This document shows positions 29,909 to 37,638 of a DNA stretch of 64,000 nt, one piece after another; positions within the stretch are counted from its first letter, which is position 1, and every line of letters starts with the position of its first letter. Location: sequence record NC_102531.1; one strand, written 5' to 3'. The notes under the pieces are model-generated. The model was not told the DNA's origin. It saw only the letters and a program-made list of their open reading frames with translations, and made no database searches. The DNA is from a phage. The translations under genes were made by a program, and so were the position numbers.

Positions 29909-30007
29909 GGTGCTAGGTGATGGAATCGAACCACCTATGTATTCAACGACTACCTCGTCTATTTTCAGGATTAAAAATCCTCGCCCTTGCCAAAGGGCTT
30001 ACCTAGC
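29909..30007 (-). tRNA. aberrant tRNA-like element (anticodon unresolved; possible UUU loop)
   Basis: Perfect 7 bp acceptor (GCUAGGU/ACCUAGC), D arm GCCC/GGGC and T arm GGUGG-UUCGAUU-CCAUC, but ~99 nt long, anticodon region is a palindrome GGAUUUUUAAUCC, ~30 nt extra arm, 3' end ACCU rather than CCA. Confidence 0.35.
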
Positions 30008-30105
30008 TCAGTATGTTGACCATGTTGCTAGTCGGCGATGACGACTGTAACATTTGATAATCCGGTTCTGCTTCCGGCTTTCGCTTAATTACAAGGTCAA
30101 CAATG

Positions 30106-30196
30106 TGGCGGAGAGTAATGGAATCGAACCATCATCGAGTCATACCCAACGGGACGGTTTTCAAGACCGCTTGAGCACCATTGCTCCCTACCCTCC
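30106..30196 (-). tRNA. tRNA-Ser (anticodon UGA)
   Basis: Manual fold: type II tRNA, acceptor GGAGGGU/ACUCUCC, anticodon stem GCGGU/ACCGU with loop CUUGAAA, long variable arm, encoded GCCA. Confidence 0.75.
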
Positions 30197-30310
30197 TTTA
30201 TAAATTATACTGATAATGACACTGATTTTCGAGCAGTTAGTGACTAGTATAAACGACGATAAATATCAATGCCATTATCTGTATTATTTATGCATCTAAA
30301 AATATAAATT

Positions 30311-30397
30311 TGGTGGGGAGTGGTGGAGTCGAACCACCCGAGTCGCAATGACAATAGATTTACAGTCTACACCGCTACCTCTACGGGATAACTCCCC
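30311..30397 (-). tRNA. tRNA-Tyr (anticodon GUA)
   Basis: Manual fold: type II tRNA, acceptor GGGGAGU/ACUCCCC, anticodon stem GUAGA/UCUAU with loop CUGUAAA, T arm GGUGG-UUCGACU-CCACC, encoded CCA. Confidence 0.75.
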
Positions 30398-30401
30398 AAT
30401 T

Positions 30402-30476
30402 TGGCACCCCGTACTGGACTCGAACCAGTGTCAACGGCTTAGAAGGCCGCTGCTTTATCCACTAAGCTAACAGGGC
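30402..30476 (-). tRNA. tRNA-Arg (anticodon UCU)
   Basis: Manual fold: acceptor GCCCUGU/ACGGGGU (two G-U pairs), D arm GCUU/AAGC, anticodon stem GCGGC/GCCGU with loop CUUCUAA, encoded CCA. Confidence 0.7.
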
Positions 30477-30572
30477 ACTGGGTGGCTTTCTTTTACACCT
30501 TAGCCGCCAGAAAAGGTGGGAGACCATGTTTACAATATTACACTGTTAAGCAAAGTTTGTCAAGAAAATATT

Positions 30573-30913
30573 TTAGCTATTGCCAACAGGCTGTATTTCT
30601 GTAGTAAATGGCATAAAAGGTGCTGGTTTTTCAGCCTCTTCCACTACCACCTCTTCCTCTTCACCAAACATCTCATCATATTCTTCCTGCATTCGGTCTG
30701 CCTTATCAAGAACATACTCTGCAATGCTTTGACGAATATTTTGTTTGGTTTTCGGGTCCAACATCAGCTCTCTTAAAACTTTGTGAGCTTCTGGAACCAT
30801 CGCTATAAAAGATTCCTTCATATCAAGGATGTTCTTCTCTAGCTGAATGGCGTTGGACTCCTCTTTCAGAGGTCTGCCTCTACGGCGACGCTTTTTAGTT
30901 GTATCCGCCATGT
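30573..30913 (-). CDS. hypothetical DNA-binding-like protein (basic N-terminus, acidic C-terminus)
   Basis: Likely start MADTTKKRRRRGRP preceded by GGAGG; ORF track extends it to 31031 via alternative start. Confidence 0.35.
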
Positions 30914-31257
30914 TTCCTCCATTATCACGTGATAGGTGGATTTTATCATAGCAAATACTGATTGTCAAGTTCGCCGCAGGGTGGTATTCCCTGCGACTTG
31001 TCCAGCGTCCTGGACCAGCAAGACCCAACAAGTGGGTTACCAGAGGCCTATTACCCGCGCTTCGGCTCGACCTTGTTACAGGTTGGCTGGGGTCACATCG
31101 TCATGTGCTGGCTGCCCCTACCATTTTAAGTGTGGTGCACTATCAAGCCCTCTAAGGGGAACTCAGTCTTCTCTGAACCCTGTTTCAAAGCATCCAGAGA
31201 TAAAGCCATCAAATTCATCTTTAAATTGGATATTCATCATGATACACGAAAACAACC

Positions 31258-31500
31258 TCATTGTAAAGCACAAATAAATAAAACATACTTAATTTGTTTG
31301 TTATCAGGCTCAGGGTAGAAGTAGAAGATCTTGCTATCACCGATCTGAACACCACCATCCCAACAACATAGCCCATAACCTGTATTCATACAAGCTAAGT
31401 CGTTGGCAAAATCTATTGCATCATCCAGTGCACGAAATTCACCTTCATCTTCTAAATAATCCTCATTCATGGAACGAAAAACGAGCTTAACCTTAAACAT
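31258..31500 (-). CDS. hypothetical protein
   Basis: 80 aa ORF. Confidence 0.3.
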   Translation of the reverse strand: MFKVKLVFRSMNEDYLEDEGEFRALDDAIDFANDLACMNTGYGLCCWDGGVQIGDSKIFYFYPEPDNKQIKYVLFICALQ

Positions 31501-31576
31501 AGCATTACCTGTAGACCTCGTAAGTTAAAATTGTATAACATCATATTGCAGATCTTATCAGGTAACATTATTTTTG

Positions 31577-31765
31577 TCAACAGATTCCGGCCTTATCTCG
31601 CCTGTCTGCGTATTCTTTAATCGCAACCTCATCTGCATTAGTGACTAAATCTTCAAAGTAATTCTCAAGCTCCTCGTCAATGTCAGGAGACCAGCTCTTT
31701 TTCCTGTCAGTGTGAATCGCAGACTTGTTAAACTTATTACAGTTCTTTGCTACCGGATTGTTCAT
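31577..31765 (-). CDS. hypothetical protein
   Basis: 62 aa ORF. Confidence 0.25.
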   Translation of the reverse strand: MNNPVAKNCNKFNKSAIHTDRKKSWSPDIDEELENYFEDLVTNADEVAIKEYADRRDKAGIC

Positions 31766-31776
31766 TAATCACCCCC

Positions 31777-32355
31777 TCATCGTTCACAGTAAATCTTATT
31801 TAACATTACCTCATCATTTGCAGAAAGGATATCTAGATATGCATCACCAAATCTACCTGCAACAACCTCTGCATGATACATCACTTCGTTAATATCGTCA
31901 AGAGTGATAACCGGATGACCGTATCTCTCTGAGTATTGTCTCAGAGTGCGATGTAGAGAGTCGTCATCATAGGAAGACTTTTTAATATCACAAACACGAC
32001 GAATAGCCTTGATGTCGAAAAACCCTGTACGATACCAACCAAGAAAAAGGTTTCGTACAGTGTCAACACCTACATCAACACTATCAAGAACCTTATCTAC
32101 AAGATAGCTGTCATCCTTTGGACCTGCTTCCTTAGTGCGAATGTAGTTGCCATCTTTTCCAGGCGACATCTCCTTCTCATCCCCAACCTGCATGCCATCA
32201 TTTGGCGGTGTTAGCCACTTATCCGGATGCTTACGATCACGAGCGTTAGAATGATTACGCTGGAAACCGGGCTTCCACTTGAAAGTTTTCTCCATCTGTT
32301 CTTCATTCTGATAACGTTTTGCAATCTTTTCACGGTCATCTTTGCGTGAACCCAT
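31777..32355 (-). CDS. hypothetical protein
   Basis: 192 aa ORF downstream of the long intergenic region. Confidence 0.35.
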   Translation of the reverse strand: MGSRKDDREKIAKRYQNEEQMEKTFKWKPGFQRNHSNARDRKHPDKWLTPPNDGMQVGDEKEMSPGKDGNYIRTKEAGPKDDSYLVDKVLDSVDVGVDTVRNLFLGWYRTGFFDIKAIRRVCDIKKSSYDDDSLHRTLRQYSERYGHPVITLDDINEVMYHAEVVAGRFGDAYLDILSANDEVMLNKIYCER

Positions 32356-32858
32356 AGCTGCCTCCTCTTCAAGTTATAGAAAAACTCACTGTATCGCTTT
32401 GTAACGAGCTTTTCTATCAAACTGGTGCGATTGCATTACCTGGTATAGTTTATATAGCTGTGGAGCGATTTAGGGGCCTTCTTGTCAGTTTCCACACATA
32501 AACTTCATCCAAGCTCGCGCGGGAGACTCTCAACCGACTCCTTACGGCGCTGGCAAGCTTTCGTCGGTGGTCCACATCAGTGCTAGGCCTTTGGCCTGCG
32601 CTATCGCTTCGCTCCCACACATGTTAACAGACCTGCATGTATGAACTTCTGTTATTGTGTGCACCAAGGAGGCCCGGCATCTCGCCCCTCGTAGGCGAGT
32701 GCCAATGAAGGGCCGACACTGCCCATAGTAAGTAATAAATTTAAAACATGGTACTTAGGATCTAGTATATTCTACATAAGTTAAGTATATGTACTTAGTA
32801 CCATAAGTACTAGATCTTTTATTTTTTATTATTTAGTTATTTTAGTTATATTCTTTAT

Positions 32859-32941
32859 GTGTCCGTATCACGGACAGTTAGTGTCCGTATTACGGGCAGA
32901 TGTGTCCGCGTGACGGACAGTAGTGTCCGTATCACGGACAG
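32859..32941. repeat. four tandem palindromic 19-mers (iteron/operator-like array)
   Basis: GTGTCCGTATCACGGACAG x4 (variants ...TATTACGGGCAG, ...GCGTGACGGACAG) at 21-22 bp spacing; each unit is an inverted repeat TGTCCGT-N3-ACGGACA; AT-rich tract immediately upstream. Confidence 0.7.
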
Positions 32942-33015
32942 TTAATAGTATCCGTTCCATGGCGAACATAAAACATACGAATCCTTATAGTACAGATATT
33001 TAAGTTTTTACTGGT

Positions 33016-33366
33016 CTAACCAGTTGTTGACATCCGAATAACTTCTTCTGGTGGCAAAACTTTGGAAAATGTGCATCTTTTACCTCTCCCTTGTGTGGAT
33101 GTTTCAACCACTCCTGCACATTCTAAAGTTTTAACGCACGCTGCTGCTTTTGTTTTCTTTATCCCAACATCTGCTGCAATTTTCCTTGTGCTTGGTGTGA
33201 AGCGTGAATTTCCTCCAAGCTTATACCAGTTGTGCAGGTAGCAGTATACGATCTTGTCATACAAGTCAAGAACAACAACCTCCCCAGTTGTGTCATTCAA
33301 AACTTTTGACATAGATAGTATTTCAAGGGGGACTTTAAGATATAGCAGCTTATCCCCATCTTTCAT
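33016..33366 (-). CDS. putative helix-turn-helix DNA-binding protein
   Basis: 116 aa; C-terminal segment STRKIAADVGIKKTKAAACVKTLECAGVV resembles an HTH; sits next to the iteron-like array. Confidence 0.35.
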   Translation of the reverse strand: MKDGDKLLYLKVPLEILSMSKVLNDTTGEVVVLDLYDKIVYCYLHNWYKLGGNSRFTPSTRKIAADVGIKKTKAAACVKTLECAGVVETSTQGRGKRCTFSKVLPPEEVIRMSTTG

Positions 33367-33413
33367 ATCTCCTGATTCTCCTTGTGTGGCAATTTTCTTT
33401 AAAATAGCAGGGA

Positions 33414-33968
33414 TTACTCCCTGCTGTCAATATCAAAACTCATTGCAATACGGTATGCCTCTTCTAATGGTAAGAGTCTCCCCCACACATCCCAACCGAC
33501 ATCAAGCTGCCTGCCAAACAACTGTTGTGTGGTTCCGTGAGCATGACCGAACAGTTGGACTGATCCGTGAGGCTTTCTGTTCCACTTTGCAAACTGGTAA
33601 TGGCTCATACAGATCAAATTCTTGTTGTGGCGAAGCTCGTAATAATCTACAACCTCATGACCGAACTCTTTCATAATTCTGACAGTCGTCCTTGTGTCAT
33701 GGTTGCCACGAACAAGAATAATATGTCCGTTCAACATATTTAGAATATCTGGAAGTAAGTTGTTGATATTCTTATCATTAGTGCACGCAATATCTCCCAA
33801 GTGGAACACAGTGTCTGCAGGTGACACAACAGAGTTCCACTCGGCGATGATTCCTGCATTCATACTGTCAAGATTACGATTATACTGAGATCTGTGTTTT
33901 TGACATGAATCAAACTCCATGACCCGCTGGTGGAGAAAGTGTGTGTCGCTTGTTACAAAGTATTTCAT
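33414..33968 (-). CDS. calcineurin-like metallophosphoesterase (candidate RNA 3'-phosphatase, Pnkp-like)
   Basis: Signature motifs SDTH, GDIA, GNHD, GHAH in order; likely start at MKYFVTSDTHF (ORF track 33414..34073 extends into the kinase gene). Confidence 0.6.
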   Translation of the reverse strand: MKYFVTSDTHFLHQRVMEFDSCQKHRSQYNRNLDSMNAGIIAEWNSVVSPADTVFHLGDIACTNDKNINNLLPDILNMLNGHIILVRGNHDTRTTVRIMKEFGHEVVDYYELRHNKNLICMSHYQFAKWNRKPHGSVQLFGHAHGTTQQLFGRQLDVGWDVWGRLLPLEEAYRIAMSFDIDSRE

Positions 33969-33975
33969 ACATTCC

Positions 33976-34386
33976 TCATTTAAGTTTAATGCAGTTTTTA
34001 AGCTGGCGTTCCATACGATCCACAACCCTGTCTGGAACATCATGAATGCTTTTATTACCGTGGCGGTTTTCAACCACGATCACGGTATAACTATACCCAT
34101 TACTGATTGCCATGTCAATATATTCTTGCACATGTTTTTCTTTTGTAAACGTATTACTTACCACGATACGGTCGTATCCCATACGCATCATATCTTCTAC
34201 GTTATCTTTGCACCATTTTGCTGCAAGTGTTACTTTACTTGCATCCCAGTTGTAATTTCCGTCATCGTCGTACCAGAACATGTCGTTCTCAAAATGTGGA
34301 TACAGACCTTCTAAAGATAGCGCATTTGCCAGTGTTGATTTGCCAGACCCTGGTAGACCACGCACGATATATAGCATTTTAGACAT
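33976..34386 (-). CDS. P-loop polynucleotide kinase-like protein (candidate 5'-OH kinase)
   Basis: Walker A GLPGSGKST close to N-terminus, T4 Pnk kinase-domain-like; likely start MSKMLYIV preceded by GGAGG. Confidence 0.5.
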   Translation of the reverse strand: MSKMLYIVRGLPGSGKSTLANALSLEGLYPHFENDMFWYDDDGNYNWDASKVTLAAKWCKDNVEDMMRMGYDRIVVSNTFTKEKHVQEYIDMAISNGYSYTVIVVENRHGNKSIHDVPDRVVDRMERQLKNCIKLK

Positions 34387-34486
34387 AGTAATCCTCCGTT
34401 TTAATTTTAATGATAGTATACCTAACTGTTTTGTTAATTTCAAGTGTTGACACTAGGTTATTTGTGTGGCAGGATAGACTGACAAA

Positions 34487-35422
34487 ATGACAAATGAGGA
34501 ACGTATGATGAAGTATTTTAATGCAGACGACTTGGTTGACAAAGGTCTTGTAACCAGTAGATATTACCCAGATCTTGGGTTAAAGATCTATAAATATGCC
34601 AGAAAAGTATTTTACAACAATTTATGGCATTTGTCCCCTCGTTTACTAGAGTGCCGAGGCATTGTTGTCGGTAATGAAGGAAATGTTGTGGCATGGCCCT
34701 TCACAAAAGTGTTTAACTTGGGAGAAAACTCCACCAACCTGCCTGACAATAAGCTTGTGACGGCGGTAGAGAAAAAGAACGGATTCCTTGGTGTGGTATC
34801 ATCTCATAAAGGTGAACTATTGTTCTCAACAACCGGATCTATTGATTCTCCATATTGTAACCTCGCAAAGGAAACCATCCAGGAGCAATGTGGTAATTTA
34901 GATCTTATCAAGAAGGTTATGGGTAATGAAAACATGACATTCATGTTTGAAATTTGTCACCCTTCAGATCCGCATATTGTTCAGGAAGATCATGGCGCAT
35001 ATTTGATAGGTTGCAGATATAATGATTCTGGAATAATGCTACCAGAGGCAGCTTTAGATGGGATTGCCAAATACCTTGGTGCAAAACGTCCTCACACTGT
35101 GCGTGAAATTCCGTTCAGCTATGCAAAAGAATTAGCTGCAGAAACAAGAGGCGAAGGGTATATGATCCGTAAGCCTTACTACCCTTATGACCTGCAGCTG
35201 AAGATCAAGTCTCCATACTATCTGGCACGGAAGGCCGTAATGAGGTGTAAAGCTTGGAAGATTTGGGATGATGATATCTTTAAACGTGTTGACGAAGAGT
35301 TTTACGGCATGGTAAACTTCATTCGTAGCAATTACACAGAAGATGTGTGGAACTGTCTCCTGGAGCAGGAACGCCGCGAGATACTTGACTGCTATTTCCA
35401 CAACGAGGACTATATGCAATGA
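34487..35422 (+). CDS. RNA ligase, T4 Rnl1 (RnlA)-like
   Basis: Recognisable similarity to T4 Rnl1 N-terminal region (LECRGIVV, KVFNLGEN, adenylation motif EKKNGFLG, STTGSIDS). Confidence 0.6.
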   Translation: MTNEERMMKYFNADDLVDKGLVTSRYYPDLGLKIYKYARKVFYNNLWHLSPRLLECRGIVVGNEGNVVAWPFTKVFNLGENSTNLPDNKLVTAVEKKNGFLGVVSSHKGELLFSTTGSIDSPYCNLAKETIQEQCGNLDLIKKVMGNENMTFMFEICHPSDPHIVQEDHGAYLIGCRYNDSGIMLPEAALDGIAKYLGAKRPHTVREIPFSYAKELAAETRGEGYMIRKPYYPYDLQLKIKSPYYLARKAVMRCKAWKIWDDDIFKRVDEEFYGMVNFIRSNYTEDVWNCLLEQERREILDCYFHNEDYMQ

Positions 35423-35769
35423 AGAAGTTGATTGTGTGGCTGGATGACTTGAGAGATCCGTCAAATTATGGGCTCCCAGACGCTATTTGGCTAAAGAATT
35501 CCTCCGAGTTTATGGATTTTATTGACGATAATAGAAAGCTCTACAGACGCGTTTCTGAGTGGCATATGGACAACGACCTTGGAGAGGTATTCGAAGGGTA
35601 CGATTGCCTATCTATGTTGGAGGAAAAATTTGTATTTGGTAAGCCTCCTGTAGTTGACAACGTGAAGATTTTCGTGCATACTTCTAACCCATCAGCTGCT
35701 CGTAAATTCATGCTTGCAGCTGACTCGTTTAAAAAGTTCGGAATAGAGATTAAACAAAACATCTACTGA
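35419..35769 (+). CDS. hypothetical protein (partner of Sir2 gene)
   Basis: 116 aa ORF overlapping the Rnl stop and ending 9 nt before the Sir2 start. Confidence 0.35.
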   Translation: MKKLIVWLDDLRDPSNYGLPDAIWLKNSSEFMDFIDDNRKLYRRVSEWHMDNDLGEVFEGYDCLSMLEEKFVFGKPPVVDNVKIFVHTSNPSAARKFMLAADSFKKFGIEIKQNIY

Positions 35770-35777
35770 GGACACTT

Positions 35778-36539
35778 ATGCGACGACTGATCATTATCTC
35801 CGGTGCTGGTTTGAGCGCTGAATCTGGTATCCCCACTTTCCGGTCTGGTGGCACTGCAATGTGGGAGAATTTCAGCATCAATGAGGTGTGTAACATCCAC
35901 ACCTTCGCCAAGAACTACTATAAGGTGCATGACTTTTACAATGCACGACGTGTAGCTCTGGGCAGTGTTGATCCTAACCTTGCACATCTCCGGATCGCTG
36001 AGTGGTATTCCCGCTGGTCTGGTCGTGTGATCAACATTACCACCAATGTGGATGATTTGCTGGAGCGTGCTGGTGTAAAACATGAAGATATTTTACATGT
36101 CCACGGGTATTTGCCAGAAATAGTCTATGAGGACGATGAAGGAAGTAACGTTATTAAGGACATTGGATACTCTGAGGTAGATGCAGGAAAGTATACCTGG
36201 GTTAAGCCTAATGTAGTGTTCTTCGGAGAAGTAGCTCCGAAGTATACAGACATGTACGACCTGTTGACTTCCCTTACGAGTAATGATATGGTTATCCTTG
36301 TAGGGTGTTCCAACACAGTTATCAATTTTAACTGGGAGCTATTCCCTGCCTGCAATAAGGGAACCAAACTACTGATCGTTAACAAATACGACTCACAGCA
36401 TCTAGAGGAGAATGGCATTTCACGTAGTGATATTTACCAATATGAGGATCGCGGCATCCCAGTTTGGTTTAACGGGGCGGTTGATGCTTTCTCTGATAAA
36501 ACATTCATTGAGATCGTAGAAAACTTTATGGAACTTTAA
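35778..36539 (+). CDS. Sir2 (sirtuin) family NAD-dependent deacylase/NADase-like protein
   Basis: N-terminal GAGLSAESGIPTFRS (NAD-binding), TNVDDLL and HVHG motifs; no CxxC zinc module seen. Confidence 0.65.
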   Translation: MRRLIIISGAGLSAESGIPTFRSGGTAMWENFSINEVCNIHTFAKNYYKVHDFYNARRVALGSVDPNLAHLRIAEWYSRWSGRVINITTNVDDLLERAGVKHEDILHVHGYLPEIVYEDDEGSNVIKDIGYSEVDAGKYTWVKPNVVFFGEVAPKYTDMYDLLTSLTSNDMVILVGCSNTVINFNWELFPACNKGTKLLIVNKYDSQHLEENGISRSDIYQYEDRGIPVWFNGAVDAFSDKTFIEIVENFMEL

Positions 36540-36552
36540 AAGGAGACCTTTA

Positions 36553-37266
36553 ATGCTGAATACCAAATTGATTGACAACCTGGAAAAACTGTCCCAACCT
36601 GAAAACTACCTTTGGTCTGCTAACTGGGTGGAAAACTGGAACCGTGTGGCAGCTAAAGTGAAAAAATCATACACACCGTTCGAATTACAGCTTAGCTTCA
36701 TTGAGGAAGAGTTCAATGAAGTTTTGGAAGAGCTGGAGAAAGGTGATGGTGGAGATCACCTGCTAAAAGAGGCCTGCGATCTTCACGTTGTCACAAGTTA
36801 TGCCGCTTATCTTGTTAATGACAATCACGAAAAGTGGTCAAGCCTGTTTGATAATCCACGAGGCCTTAAGTTCAAGATCGGTGAGTTCTATGATACCCTG
36901 ATCGCTGCGAAAAACACACCTAAGCAAAGAGCGTCAGCTTACCGCTTAGCGGAGTTGTCAACAGCTTTGCTGTTCCAGCTTCGCGGCGATGTGTGCGGGA
37001 TGATGCGTAAGGTTCTCAAATCGAATGACAGCAAGTTTGCAAAGATTAACCATCTACGGTATTCACACGGTGCCAGTGCAGATATGCCTGCTGAACAACT
37101 CGTAGAGTTGGAGATTAAAGATCTTGAGCGACGCTTTGATGGTCGATATGAAGGTTTTGTTGCTAAGGAAGAATTCTACAACGGTAATAAAGTTATCATA
37201 TTCCTTGACAGTAAAGGTAAGATCATGAAGCCTTCAAGCTTCAAGGATGTAACAGAGTATATTTAA
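36553..37266 (+). CDS. hypothetical protein, possible MazG-like nucleotide pyrophosphohydrolase
   Basis: EEEFNEVLEELEKGDGGDHLLKEACDL resembles the MazG EExxE...D helix pair; weak. Confidence 0.25.
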   Translation: MLNTKLIDNLEKLSQPENYLWSANWVENWNRVAAKVKKSYTPFELQLSFIEEEFNEVLEELEKGDGGDHLLKEACDLHVVTSYAAYLVNDNHEKWSSLFDNPRGLKFKIGEFYDTLIAAKNTPKQRASAYRLAELSTALLFQLRGDVCGMMRKVLKSNDSKFAKINHLRYSHGASADMPAEQLVELEIKDLERRFDGRYEGFVAKEEFYNGNKVIIFLDSKGKIMKPSSFKDVTEYI

Positions 37267-37299
37267 CAACATAGCCGGGATCACCCGGCTTTACTTGTT

Positions 37300-37638
37300 G
37301 TGGAAAGTATGCAAGTGAGGCAGATAGTTATGTACAAGCACTCCAGAGATCTTGAAAACGATGCTGTGTTTGGGGATCAGATGAAAGAGTTGGTTAAACT
37401 CATAGGCAGAATAGAGGATAAGTTTGACACTAAGATCTACATCGACAGCAAAGTATTCAACCACAAAATATGGACAAATCTGTGTGTTGGACTACATGGA
37501 GATAAAGATGTGGTAAATTTAGTTGTAATTAAGTTCATAGTGTGGCAGAATAAAACTATAAATTATTACGATCCACACCTGCTGGTTTACCCGATAAAAG
37601 ACCTATTAGATAAGGAGGACTGCAATGCCGTTATTTAA
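37300..37638 (+). CDS. hypothetical protein
   Basis: 112 aa ORF. Confidence 0.3.
   Translation: MESMQVRQIVMYKHSRDLENDAVFGDQMKELVKLIGRIEDKFDTKIYIDSKVFNHKIWTNLCVGLHGDKDVVNLVVIKFIVWQNKTINYYDPHLLVYPIKDLLDKEDCNAVI

Noticed and set aside
29664-30476. tRNA array as a prophage integration site (att) with adjacent integrase
   Set aside because: No integrase or excisionase-like ORF anywhere in the window; the tRNAs are embedded in phage genes and differ from a single host tRNA target.
32859-32941. Possible CRISPR array (four direct repeats)
   Set aside because: Units are only 19 bp, each is itself a palindrome, and spacers are 2-3 bp; no cas genes. Treated as an iteron/operator array instead.
33969-34073. 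N-terminal 35 aa extension of the metallophosphoesterase ORF
   Set aside because: It overlaps the 3' end of the kinase gene in another frame; conserved motifs begin right after the internal Met (MKYFVTSDTHF), so the extension is probably not translated.
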